Assembly: GCA_963778955.1 (NCBI GenBank)
Contig: CAVZWI010000001.1
Span: forward strand, 218,823-282,822
DNA from: an uncultured Chloroflexia bacterium
Lineage (GTDB): Bacteria; Chloroflexota; Limnocylindria; Limnocylindrales; CSP1-4
Direction of reading: 5' to 3'
DNA: 64,000 nucleotides
Shown here: positions 8,755 through 24,491 of the stretch, in pieces
Position numbering within the stretch: the stretch's first letter is position 1
Layout: every line of letters begins with the position of its first letter
Position numbers and translations under genes: made by a program
The notes under the pieces: generated by a model
What the model was told of the DNA's origin: nothing
What the model saw: only the letters and a program-made list of their open reading frames with translations
The model's database searches: none

Positions 8755-11584
8755 ATGCGATTGATCGAGACCGACTACGGCACGCCCCCGAGCGCGGTCG
8801 TTGGTACCGTCGCCCTGGAGATCGACGGCGTCCCCATCACTACCACGGCGGACACGTCGATCCTGCGCGCTGCGGCCGAGGTGGGCATCTCCATCCCCAA
8901 GCTCTGCGCCACCGACAGCCTGCGCTCCTTCGGCTCCTGTCGCATGTGCATGGTGGAGGTCGAGGGCCGGCCCGGGTTCAAGGCTGCCTGCACCGAGCCC
9001 GTCAGAGACGGTATGCGCGTGCGCACCCAGTCCGACGCCATCGCCAAGCTGCGTCGCGGGGTGATGGAGCTCTACATCTCCGACCATCCGCTCGACTGCC
9101 TGACCTGCTCGGCCAACGGCGACTGCGAACTGCAGGACGTGGCCGGTGCCGTGGGCCTGCGCGAAGTGCGCTACCAGGCGCCCGCCACGCACCTGGACCT
9201 GCCGACCGACGCCTCCAATCCCTACTTCGACTTCGATCCCAGCAAGTGCATCCTCTGCTCGCGCTGCGTGCGTGCCTGCGACGAGGTGCAGGGCACCTTC
9301 GCCCTGACCGTGCTGGGACGCGGCTTCGATTCGGCGATCGCCACCAGCGCGGCGGACTTCATGTCCTCTGACTGCGTCTCCTGCGGCGCCTGCGTGGCGG
9401 CCTGCCCGACCGCGACCCTGATGGAGAAGACCGTGATCGAGCACGGCGTGCCCGATCGGACGGTGCTGACCACCTGCGCCTACTGCGGGGTCGGCTGCTC
9501 CTTGAAGGCCGAGCTGAAGGGCGACCAAGTCGTGCGCATGGTGCCTTACAAGGACGGTAAGGCCAACCACGGCCACGCCTGCGTGAAGGGCCGCTTCGCC
9601 TGGGGCTACGCCAACCACAAGGACCGCATCACCGCGCCCATGATCCGCGAGACGACCGACCAGCCCTGGCGCGAGGTCTCATGGGAGGAGGCCATCGGCT
9701 TCGCCGCGGCAAGGCTCAAGGCCATCCAGGCCGAGCACGGTCGGTTTGCCGTCGGCGGCATCACCTCATCGCGCTGCACCAACGAGGAGGTGTGGCTGGT
9801 GATGAAACTGGTGCGCGCCGCCTTCGGCAACAACAATGTCGACACCTGCGCGCGCGTCTGCCATTCGCCCACCGGCTACGGACTGAAGCAGACGTACGGG
9901 ACCTCCGCCGGCACGCAGCACTTCGACTCCGTCGCTGGTGCCGACGTGATCATGGTCATCGGCGCCAACCCCACCGAGGCGCACCCGGTCTTCGCGTCAC
10001 AGATGAAGCGCCGCCTGCGCGAGGGCGCACGGCTGATCGTCGTCGATCCGCGCCGCATCGAGCTGGTGCGCTCACCGCACGTCGAAGCGGACGTGCACCT
10101 GCCACTGCGGCCAGGCACCAACGTGGTGCTGATGAATGCCTTCGCCCACGTCATCGTGAGCGAGGGACTGATGGACGACGACTTCGTGGAGGAACGCTGC
10201 GACCTGTCGTCGTTCCGCGAGTGGCTCGAGTTCGCGGCGCGCCCAGAGCACGCCCCGGAGACGGTGGCCGCTGAGATCGGCGTGCCCGCCGCGGATATCC
10301 GGACGGCGGCGCGACTCTACGCCACCGGTGGCAACGCCGCCATCTACTACGGGCTGGGCGTGACCGAACACAGCCAGGGCTCGACGATGGTGATGGCGAT
10401 GGCCAACCTCGCCATGGCCACCGGCAACATCGGCCGCTTCGGCGTCGGCGTCAATCCGCTGCGCGGCCAGAACAACGTGCAGGGCTCGTGTGACATGGGC
10501 TCGTTCCCCCACGAGCTACCCGGCTACCGGCCGGTCACCGACCCGGCGGTCCGGGCGGCATTCGATGAGCACTGGGGTGTGCGCGTCCATGACGAAGCCG
10601 GCTTCCGCATCCCCAACATGCTCGACGCCGCGGTCGCGGGAACCTTCAAGGGCATCTACATCCAGGGCGAGGACATCGCCCAGATCCGACCCCAACACGC
10701 AGCACGTGGAAGCGGCACTCGAGTCGATGGACTGCGTCATCGTCCAGGACCTGTTCCTCAACGAGACCGCCAAGTTCGCCCACGTGTTCCTGCCTGGCAC
10801 CTCGTTCCTGGAGAAGGACGGCACCTTCATCAACGCCGAGCGGCGCATCAACCGCGTGCGCCCGGTTTCGAAGCCGCTCACCGGCAAGGCCGAATGGGAG
10901 GTCACCCAGGACCTGGCGGTCGCGCTGGGCTATCCGATGCAGTACGAGTCCGCTTCGCAGATCCTCGATGAGATCGCTGCACTCACGCCATCGTTCGCCG
11001 GCGTCTCATTCGATTTCCTCGACGAGCACGGCAGCGTGCAGTGGCCGTGCAACGAATCAGCCCCGGGCGGCACGCCGATCATGCACGTCGATGAGTTCGT
11101 GCGCGGCAAGGGCCTCTTCGTGCTGACCGACTACCAACCGACCGAGGAGCGCGCCAACCGCAAGTTCCCGTTGTTGCTCACCACCGGGCGCATCCTCAGC
11201 CAGTACAACGTGGGTGCCCAGACGCGCCGGACGGAGAACATCCGCTGGCTCGAGCAGGACATGCTGGAGATCCATCCGGCCGATGCCGAGCTCCGCGGCA
11301 TCCACAGCGGCGACCTGGTCGCCGTCCAGAGCCGCAAGGGTGAGATCACGCTGCCGGCCACTATCAGCGAGCGAGTCGCGCCGGGCGTCGTCTACACCAC
11401 CTTCCATCATCCTGACACCGGCACCAACGTGGTGACCACCGAGCTCTCCGACTGGGCCACCGACTGCCCCGAGTACAAGGTCACCGCGGTCGAGGTGCGA
11501 CCGGCCAACCATCGTTCCGCGTGGCAGGAGGGTTTCGCCGTGCGCGCCCACGCCCAGGCCCGCCTGTTGCCGGTCGTCGAGTGA
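8755..11584 (+). CDS. fdsA: Formate dehydrogenase alpha subunit, molybdopterin-dependent (apparent +1 frameshift at 10684)
   Basis: N-terminal FeS motifs (GSCRMCMVE, HPLDCLTC, CILCSRCVRAC, CVSCGACVAAC), CAYCGVGC, active-site CARVCH (Cys, not Sec) and PLRGQNNVQG. EDIAQ-SDPNTQH is restored by deleting A10684. Confidence 0.92.
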
Positions 11585-11585
11585 G

Positions 11586-12458
11586 ATGAACCTGGCGCGA
11601 CCCGCGGTCGATGCGCCGGTGGGGGTCGCCGCGGTCGACGTGACCGTCGTTACCGAGGGCGTCGTGACACGAAGAAGCGACGTGGTCACGGTCGAGGAAC
11701 CGCTGGAGATCCGCCTGGTTTCCGGCCCCGCGGGCGAGCGCAACGAGCAGGCGCTGGCTGTGACCATGCGGACTCCCGGCGACGACGGGGCACTCGCGCT
11801 CGGGTTCCTTCACGGAGAAGGCATCGTGCGCACCATGGCGGATGTCGTCGCCATCGATCCGGGTGTCGGTGAGGATGGCGACAGCGACGGCACGGTCCGC
11901 ATCGAGCTGGCACCCTCGGTGGACTTCGACGCGAACCGTCTCACTCGCAATGTCTACACGACGTCAAGCTGCGGGGTCTGCGGCAAGGCCTCGCTCGATG
12001 CGGTGCGCGTCCAGGTCCCGGACTACGCTGGTCGCGACTCGTTCGCCATCGACCAGGCGCTCCTTGGGGCACTTCCAGACCGACTCCGCCGGGAGCAGCA
12101 CGAGTTCGACCGCACCGGTGGCCTGCATGCCTCGGCCGCCTTCGACACGAGCGGACGCATCGTCGCCGTGGCCGAAGACGTGGGACGCCACAACGCGCTT
12201 GACAAGCTGATCGGCCGCTTCCTCCTCGACGGACGATTGCCGATGACCGAGCTTGGCCTCATCTTCAGCGGCCGCGCCAGCTTCGAGCTCATCCAGAAGG
12301 CAGCCATGGCCGGCTGCCCGTTCGTAGCGGCCATCGGGCCGCCGTCAAGCCTCGCGGTCGAGTTGGCCGCCGAGCAACGCATGACCCTAGTGGGGTTCCT
12401 GCGCCGCCAGCGTTTCAACCTCTACGCGCTGCCTCACCGGGTGCTGGTCGGAGCCTGA
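11586..12458 (+). CDS. fdhD: Formate dehydrogenase accessory sulfurtransferase FdhD (FdsC)
   Basis: EEPLEIR, MRTPGDD, SSCGVCGK, FDRTGGLHASA, EDVGRHNALDKLIG and SGRASFELIQKA. Confidence 0.93.
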   Translation: MNLARPAVDAPVGVAAVDVTVVTEGVVTRRSDVVTVEEPLEIRLVSGPAGERNEQALAVTMRTPGDDGALALGFLHGEGIVRTMADVVAIDPGVGEDGDSDGTVRIELAPSVDFDANRLTRNVYTTSSCGVCGKASLDAVRVQVPDYAGRDSFAIDQALLGALPDRLRREQHEFDRTGGLHASAAFDTSGRIVAVAEDVGRHNALDKLIGRFLLDGRLPMTELGLIFSGRASFELIQKAAMAGCPFVAAIGPPSSLAVELAAEQRMTLVGFLRRQRFNLYALPHRVLVGA

Positions 12459-12496
12459 AGAGCAGTCCGCACCCACGGGGGCCCTGGGTGTCCGGG

Positions 12497-12826
12497 CTAT
12501 GCCCCCGGGGGTCGGTAGTCGACGTCCGGACCAACCCGACCGACGGCGTCGTCGAGTTCCTCGGCAGAGAGCAGTTGCGTCATGGTCACGCGCGCCGCGG
12601 TGCTGGCGTTGACGGCGAGGCAGCCCACGGCGGCAGCTTCGTCGTCCGGCAGATCGGCCACGATGAAGAAGTCCTCTCCACCGAATGCCCAGTACTGTGA
12701 CTCGATCGACCCGCCCAGGCTCTTCATCAGCGCCTTGAGTGCAGCCGCCCTACCCATGCCACCTTCCCTCAGCACACCCGCTGCTCCGGCCGCGGTGTAA
12801 GAGCCCTGGAACAGGTACTTCGGCAT
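12497..12826 (-). CDS. GYD domain-containing protein
   Basis: MPKYLFQGSYT...LGGSIESQYWAFGGEDFFIVADLPDDEAA; GGAGG Shine-Dalgarno upstream. Confidence 0.75.
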   Translation of the reverse strand: MPKYLFQGSYTAAGAAGVLREGGMGRAAALKALMKSLGGSIESQYWAFGGEDFFIVADLPDDEAAAVGCLAVNASTAARVTMTQLLSAEELDDAVGRVGPDVDYRPPGA

Positions 12827-13198
12827 CCTTGGACCTCCAGTCATGTGACCGGCCGGCGATCCGGCGCGGGCCGGATCTGGCGGGCATCATCAGTATGCGC
12901 TGTGCGGCCGTGGTCCGGGTTGTCACTGTCGGGTGCGCTGCGACACATGGCCGGCGATCGCGGTCCCGGTCGGTCGACAGCGGCCCCGGACGGTACGCTC
13001 CCCGGGGTCATGGATCAAAGGAGGCCGTGACAGTGATCGACAGCAAGGTGGGTGAAGGAGGCCAGTGGCGAAGACGAGCGTGGTGATATGGCTGCAGCGA
13101 CCAGGTGCTGTTTCCATGACCCCCACGCACAGGCGAGAGCGGAACGGTGTCTCCACCACACATGGTCGCCCTGACGCGCGGGCATGGCGGCACACCTG

Positions 13199-14464
13199 AT
13201 GGACGCCTGGATCGCCGGAGGCGTCTTCCTCATCGCCTATGCCGTCATCGCGACCGAACGGCTCAACCGCACACTGGTAGCGCTGCTGGCGGGCCTGTCC
13301 CTGGTGGCGGTCGGTGTCATCGACCAGGAAGAGGCCTTCGCGGCTGTCGACTGGAACGTCATCTTCCTGCTGGCCGGGATGATGGTGATCGCCGGTGCTC
13401 TCCGACAGACCGGCTTCTTCCGCTGGCTGGGCGTTCACTCCGTGCGCGTCTCAAAGGGTCATCCACTGCGTCTGCTCATCGCCCTGTCCCTGACCACGGG
13501 ACTCCTCTCGGCGTTCCTGGACAACGTGACCACGGTGGTGCTGATGACGCCGGTCGTCCTCTCGATCGCGCGGTCGCTAGGCATCTCGCCGGCGCCGTAC
13601 CTCATCAGCATGATCCTGGCTTCGAACATCGGGGGTACGGCGACGCTCATCGGTGACCCGCCGAACATCCTCATCGGTTCCGCCGCCGGACTCGACTTCA
13701 TGGACTTCCTGACCAACCTCGCGCCGGTGATCGTGGTCATCTTCGGTGCCTTCCTGGTGGCGATGGTGATCATCTTCCGGGGGACCCTGCAGGTCCCCAG
13801 TGAGCGCCGCGAGGCGGCATTGGAGGCGTTGGAGGACGCCATGATCACGGACCGTCCGCTGCTGGTCCGGACCCTCATCATCCTGGCCATCACCCTGGTG
13901 GGCTTCCTGGCGCATGGGGTCCTGGGCGTGGAGGTGGCGACGGTCGCGCTCCTTGGAGCCACGGCCCTGCTGCTCATCAGCGGCATCGACCCCGACGACG
14001 CCCTGCGCGACGTCGAGTGGGTGACGCTCTTCTTCTTCGTCGGCTTGTTCATCCTCGTCGAGGCCGTGGTCCAGACGGGCATCGTCAGCGGGATCGCGGA
14101 CAGCATCGTCGAAGCCACCGGCGGGCAGCCTGTCGCGACGACGATGGCCCTGCTGTGGTTCTCTGCCATCGCGTCGGCCCTCATCGACAACATCCCCTTC
14201 ACGGCCACGGCCATCCCCGTGGTACAGCACCTCATCGACGCCGGCCTGCCGGCTGATGGCCTGTGGTGGTCGTTGGCGCTGGGAGCCTGCCTCGGCGGCA
14301 ACCTCACCATCGTGGGAGCATCGGCCAACGTCGTGGTGGCGAACCTCGCCGAACGGGGCGGGCATCCCATCCGCTTCGGCCAGTTCATCCGCTACGGGGC
14401 GGTCATCACCCTGGGGTCGCTCGCCATCTCCTCGGGCTACCTGTGGCTGCGCTACCTCGGCTGA
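13199..14464 (+). CDS. ArsB/NhaD (IT superfamily) anion or Na+/H+ permease
   Basis: VDWNVIFLLAGMMVI, SAFLDNVTTV, ASNIGGTATLIGDPPNILI, SALIDNIPF and GGNLTIVGASANVV. Confidence 0.9.
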   Translation: MDAWIAGGVFLIAYAVIATERLNRTLVALLAGLSLVAVGVIDQEEAFAAVDWNVIFLLAGMMVIAGALRQTGFFRWLGVHSVRVSKGHPLRLLIALSLTTGLLSAFLDNVTTVVLMTPVVLSIARSLGISPAPYLISMILASNIGGTATLIGDPPNILIGSAAGLDFMDFLTNLAPVIVVIFGAFLVAMVIIFRGTLQVPSERREAALEALEDAMITDRPLLVRTLIILAITLVGFLAHGVLGVEVATVALLGATALLLISGIDPDDALRDVEWVTLFFFVGLFILVEAVVQTGIVSGIADSIVEATGGQPVATTMALLWFSAIASALIDNIPFTATAIPVVQHLIDAGLPADGLWWSLALGACLGGNLTIVGASANVVVANLAERGGHPIRFGQFIRYGAVITLGSLAISSGYLWLRYLG

Positions 14465-14561
14465 GCAGAAGCCGGCTCGGTGGTGCATCCAGTCACCGAC
14501 TTGTGGAACTCGACCGGGAAGATGATGGTCTGGTACTACTGCCGGTCGGTACTCTTGTCCT

Positions 14562-15392
14562 ATGAGCGAGGCTGACTGGTGGCTCTGCGGCCACTGCCAG
14601 AGCCTGAACAACCTATCGGCACGGAAGTGCTATTCATGTCGCAGGCGCAAGCCCAAGCAAACGGTGCGCGCCAGCGAGTACCTGGGCTACGTGCCGTTCA
14701 TCGACGCGAATGGCAAGGTCGCGATGGCGGACATCCCGCCTCCGATCGTGTCGCGGCGACTCGATGCTGCCTCTGTGCACCTGCCGCCGTTGCGAGATCC
14801 GATCCTTCGCGACACGTTGGAGGTCGCGCCACGCCCTCCGGAGGGGGCACGCATCACCTACCGATCATCGCCCACTCCACCACCTCCGCCGCAGGCGGAA
14901 CTCCTGCCGCCACTGCCGCCACTGCCGCCGCTGCCGTCGGGGCCGCCACTACCCACGGTGCCGGCGGTGCCGGCGGGGCCGGGTCCGCTGGTGGCTCCAG
15001 GACCGCTGATCGCCATGGGACCCGGGCCGATGCCGGTGCTCGGGGCTCAGCCTGTGGTGGCCGTACCGGTCTCCATCCCGATCCCCGGTCAGACCGAGCG
15101 ATGGGCCCACTGGAGCGACCTGCTCGATGTTCCCAAACCCACGGCCGATCGCCTTCGGACGACCTATGCGCTGGACCGTGAACACGAGGCGGCAGCGGAC
15201 GCCCACACCGCAAGCAACGGCAAGGGCAATGGCAATGGCAACGGAACCCTCGGCCAGCGGATGAAGGTCGCGCGTGAGAACGACCCCGATGTCGCGAGCG
15301 GGTCGGTTCCATGGCCCGAGAACGACCGACCGAGTCCCCGGCCCTCGCTCTCCCGGGCGACCGATGGCAGCCCCTGGGACCCGCCGACCTGA
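14562..15392 (+). CDS. Hypothetical protein with an N-terminal RanBP2-type zinc finger and a Pro-rich region
   Basis: WLCGHCQSLNNLSARKCYSC fits W-x-C-x2-C-x3-N-x6-C-x2-C exactly; followed by PPPPPQAELLPPLPPLPPLP. Confidence 0.7.
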   Translation: MSEADWWLCGHCQSLNNLSARKCYSCRRRKPKQTVRASEYLGYVPFIDANGKVAMADIPPPIVSRRLDAASVHLPPLRDPILRDTLEVAPRPPEGARITYRSSPTPPPPPQAELLPPLPPLPPLPSGPPLPTVPAVPAGPGPLVAPGPLIAMGPGPMPVLGAQPVVAVPVSIPIPGQTERWAHWSDLLDVPKPTADRLRTTYALDREHEAAADAHTASNGKGNGNGNGTLGQRMKVARENDPDVASGSVPWPENDRPSPRPSLSRATDGSPWDPPT

Positions 15393-15448
15393 CGACCTGA
15401 CGACCTGTCCAGCCCCTCACACCGCTGCTGCCGCGTAGACTCGCGGCT

Positions 15449-16220
15449 GTGTGGTGCGGCCGCGAGCAGGATCTCTATGCCCCGCTGAAGGCGTACTTCG
15501 AGGCGCAGGGCTACGAGGTGAAGTCAGAGGTTCGAGGCTGCGACCTCGTCGCCCAGCGGGGCGAGGAGTCGCCGCTGATCGTAGAGCTCAAGACGGGCTT
15601 CACGCTGCCGCTGGTGCTGCAGGGCATCGACCGGCTGGCCATCTCGGAGCACGTCTACCTGGCCGTCGCCGTGGCGGCACGACCGGCGCGCGGCTCCCTC
15701 TGGCGGCGCCGCCGCGGCGGCATCCTGAAGCTCTGTCGTCGCCTGGGCCTGGGGCTGCTCGCGGTGCATGAGCCGAGCCGGGGCAGACCGCCACTAGTGG
15801 AGCCCCTGCTGGACCCGTTGCCTTACCGGCCGCGTGCGGACCGCAAGCGCCAGGAACTGCTGCTCAAGGAGTTCGCCCATCGCGTCGGGGACCACAACGT
15901 CGGAGGCATGACGAGGCGACCCATCGTCACCGCCTACCGCCAGGTCGCCCTGGCCTGCGCCGTCCACCTTCGCGCGCACGGCCACAGCCGAGCAGCCGAG
16001 GTCGCTCGGGCCAGCGGTGTCGAGGGCGCCGGCAGCGATCCTGCGAGACGATGTCTACGGCTGGTTCGAGCGAGTCGAGCGCGGAGTGTACCGACTCTCA
16101 GCCGAGGGTGACGCAGCGATGATCACCTACGCGGATGTCATCGTCGACCTGGCGATGGCCGACCTGGCGATCGCCCAGGCAGACCCAGCATCGATGCCCG
16201 GCGGTCCGAAAGACACTTGA
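15449..16220 (+). CDS. DUF2161 family putative PD-(D/E)XK nuclease-like protein (apparent +1 frameshift at about 16035)
   Basis: EQDLYAPLKAYFEAQGYEVKSEVRGCDLVA...IVELK...LQGIDR, and the C-terminal ILRDDVYGWFERVERGVYRL in the next frame. Confidence 0.8.
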
Positions 16221-16318
16221 CGACGCTGCGGGCGCACAGGATTCTTGCTGCGCTATACCCTTATGCGTGTCGACACGAGCCGTGTGTCGTCGACATCGGA
16301 GGATTTGCTACGACCGAG

Positions 16319-17302
16319 ATGGAGTCGGCGCAAGATCGTCCACTTGAGCGTCGCAACCAGCGATTGCTGCTTGTTGGGATCGGGTGCTACACGTTGCTCG
16401 TCGCTGCCCTGTCACTGCAGGGCGGGATCACCCTCACACCCGATGTCGCGGTGGTCGCGCTCGCCCTCGCCGGCGTACTGCTGCTGAGCAGCCGGCTCCA
16501 CATGGGCAGCTGGTTGCCCATCGTGGCGTTGCTGCTGGCGTACGAGCTCATGCGAGGCTTGGCGGATGACGCCGGCTTTCCGCTGCACATGGCCGACCTT
16601 GTTGCTGCCGAGCGGTTGCTGGCGCTGGGCAACCTCCCCACGCAGGTGCTGCAGTCGACATTGCACTCGGGCAGCGGCATCGACCCTACGGCCGTCGTGG
16701 CCACATCGGTATACATGGTCCACTTCCTCATCCCCGTCCTGACCGGAGCACTGCTGTGGATCTGGCGCCGCGACGCCTTCCACGACTACATCGCGGCGCT
16801 CATCCTGCTCAGCCTGGCCGCCTTCGTGACCTACATGCTGTTCCCGGCCGCGCCACCCTGGTACGCCGCTGAACACGGTCTCGTGAATGGTGCCGATGGT
16901 TTGCCCGCCATCACCTACCTGAAGCCGGAGGTCTTCGACTCGGTCGCCGCCTCAGCCGGCGTCGACGGCGGCTTCGTCTATTCCTCGGTGTTCTACGGCC
17001 TCGGCCCCAACGACGTGGCCGCCTGGCCGTCACTCCACGTGGCCTACCCCTTGCTGATGTTCCTGTTCCTCCGGCGGGCCTTCGGCCGCATCGGCTGGCT
17101 GGCCTTCGGCTACACGCTGCTGCTGGCGTTCTCGGTCGTCTACACGGGCGACCACTGGGTGCTGGACACCATCGGCGGCGCCGCCTATGCCTACATCGCC
17201 TACTACGCCATCGTGCACACGCCACAGCCGGTGCGCGAGTGGTTCGATCGTCTCTTCACGGTGCCGGGGCGACGAGGTCCGCTGGTCCGCGAAGCGTCCT
17301 GA
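16319..17302 (+). CDS. PAP2-superfamily membrane protein, AUR1/inositol-phosphoceramide-synthase-like
   Basis: FPAAPPWY, AAWPSLHVAY and VYTGDHWVLDTIGG motifs; six or more TM segments. Confidence 0.8.
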   Translation: MESAQDRPLERRNQRLLLVGIGCYTLLVAALSLQGGITLTPDVAVVALALAGVLLLSSRLHMGSWLPIVALLLAYELMRGLADDAGFPLHMADLVAAERLLALGNLPTQVLQSTLHSGSGIDPTAVVATSVYMVHFLIPVLTGALLWIWRRDAFHDYIAALILLSLAAFVTYMLFPAAPPWYAAEHGLVNGADGLPAITYLKPEVFDSVAASAGVDGGFVYSSVFYGLGPNDVAAWPSLHVAYPLLMFLFLRRAFGRIGWLAFGYTLLLAFSVVYTGDHWVLDTIGGAAYAYIAYYAIVHTPQPVREWFDRLFTVPGRRGPLVREAS

Positions 17303-22684
<5,382 letters not shown>

Positions 22685-22733
22685 CAGCGTCGATCCTCCC
22701 GCGGTGCTGTGTGAGGGGGCATGGTACCGAGCC

Positions 22734-24491
22734 TCAGGCATCGGCGGACTCCACGGCGCCCAGGAGCACCGCGGCCGACATGGCAGGCAACCAGAGCCGG
22801 CCGCCCTCGGAGCGGACACCAGGCTGGGAGGCGGCCGCCAAGTCCACCCCCGCAGGCAGCTCGATGGAACGGCCATCAGCGGCGAGGTTGGCGGCGACCG
22901 TGCGGTCACCGCTCGTCACCACCAGCCAACGTGCCTCGGCGTCGGCACGCAGCTGCGGTCGCGCCTCTCCCTCGAGCCCGCGTGTGGCGCGGCGCACGGC
23001 GATGAGCTCACGGTGCCAGTCCAGCAGGGCCGCATGCGGTGCGCGCCGTGGCTCGCGCCAGTCGAGTCGCGATGCCTCGAACGTCTCGGGCGCCATGGGA
23101 TCCGGCATATCCTCCGGGCGCCAGCCGAAGGCGGCGAACTCAGAGCGGCGGCCGCGACGCACGGCTTCGGCAAGCGCATCGTCTCCGAAGTCGGCAAAGA
23201 ACTGGAAGGGCGTCCCAGCACCCCACTCCTCACCCTGGAACAGCAGCGGCACGAACGGCCCGCACAGCACCAGGGCGGCGGCCACGCGCAGTGCCGCATC
23301 ATCGACCAGTTGCGACAGGCGCTCGCCACGGGCCCGATTGCCGACCTGGTCGTGGTTCTGGGCGAAGCCAACGAAGCGCCAGAACGGCAGCCCATCGGCA
23401 GGACGCCCGTGATGCCGGTCCCGGCTGGCGGCATAGCGCCCGTCGTACACCCAGACCCGGCGCAACACCTCGACCAGGTCCGCGAATCCGGTGAAGTCAG
23501 CGTAGTAGCCACCAGTCTCACCGGTGAGCGTGGTGTGCAGTGCATGGTGGAAGTCGTCGCTCCACTGGGCATCGATGCCGTAGCCACCAAGCTCCCGCGA
23601 ACGCACGATGCGCGGGTCGTTGAGGTCGCTTTCGGCGATGAGCACCAACTCGCGGCCAAGGCTGCTGCCGAGCGCTTGGGCTTCCACGGCCATCTCCTCC
23701 AGCAGATGCGTGGCGGTCAGGTCCACGAAGGCGTGCACAGCGTCGATGCGCAAGCCATCGACGTGATAGTCGCGCAGCCACATCAGGGCGTTGTCGATGA
23801 TGAAGCGCCGCACCTCGTCGGCGCCGGCGTCACCCAGGTTGACGGCGTCACCCCAGGGCGTTCTGAAGCGATCGGTGACGTAGGGTCCGAACTGCGACAG
23901 GTAGCAGCCCTCCGGGCCGAGGTGGTTGTAGACCACGTCGAGCAGCACCGTCAGACCGCGGTCGTGGCAGGCGTCCACCAGCCGCTTCAGCCCGTCGGGC
24001 CCGCCGTAGGGTTCGTGCGGCGCGAAGAAGCCGGCCACGTCATAGCCCCAGCCGCGACGGCCGGGGAAGGCGTGGACGGGCATCAGCTCCAGGTGCGTGA
24101 CCCCCAGGTCCAGGAGATGGTCGAGCCGTTCGATGGCGCCGTCGAAGGTGCCACCCGGGCTGAACGTGCCGACGTGTGCCTCGTAGACGACGCCGTCGCG
24201 GAGCGGTGTGGGTCTGAAGGCGGCGTCGTGCCACTCGAACGCCGCGTGATCGATGCGCTGGCCCGGCCCATGCACGCCGTGGGGCAGCCGCTCGCTCCGC
24301 GGGTCCGGGATGGCCATCCCACCGTCGAGCGAGATGGCGTAGTCGGCGCCTGGCTCAAGACCGTCACCCAACTCGGGACCGTCGCCGGCGGTCTCCCAGT
24401 AGCCGCCCTCAGCGGCGCGCAGAGGCCGGCGCTGCCCGGCCATGACGAGCTCGACCTGTGTGGCGCGGGGCGCCCAGACGCGCAGGCTCAT
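22734..24491 (-). CDS. treZ: Malto-oligosyltrehalose trehalohydrolase
   Basis: RVWAPRA, WGYDV, DVVYNHLGPEG, GLRIDAVHA, LIAESDLND, QNHDQVGNR and FQGEEWGA; ATG overlaps the treY stop. Confidence 0.95.
   Translation of the reverse strand: MSLRVWAPRATQVELVMAGQRRPLRAAEGGYWETAGDGPELGDGLEPGADYAISLDGGMAIPDPRSERLPHGVHGPGQRIDHAAFEWHDAAFRPTPLRDGVVYEAHVGTFSPGGTFDGAIERLDHLLDLGVTHLELMPVHAFPGRRGWGYDVAGFFAPHEPYGGPDGLKRLVDACHDRGLTVLLDVVYNHLGPEGCYLSQFGPYVTDRFRTPWGDAVNLGDAGADEVRRFIIDNALMWLRDYHVDGLRIDAVHAFVDLTATHLLEEMAVEAQALGSSLGRELVLIAESDLNDPRIVRSRELGGYGIDAQWSDDFHHALHTTLTGETGGYYADFTGFADLVEVLRRVWVYDGRYAASRDRHHGRPADGLPFWRFVGFAQNHDQVGNRARGERLSQLVDDAALRVAAALVLCGPFVPLLFQGEEWGAGTPFQFFADFGDDALAEAVRRGRRSEFAAFGWRPEDMPDPMAPETFEASRLDWREPRRAPHAALLDWHRELIAVRRATRGLEGEARPQLRADAEARWLVVTSGDRTVAANLAADGRSIELPAGVDLAAASQPGVRSEGGRLWLPAMSAAVLLGAVESADA

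Noticed and set aside
15385-15408. 8-bp unit CGACCTGA repeated three times across a stop codon
   Set aside because: Short slippage-type repeat with no coding or regulatory consequence that I can support.
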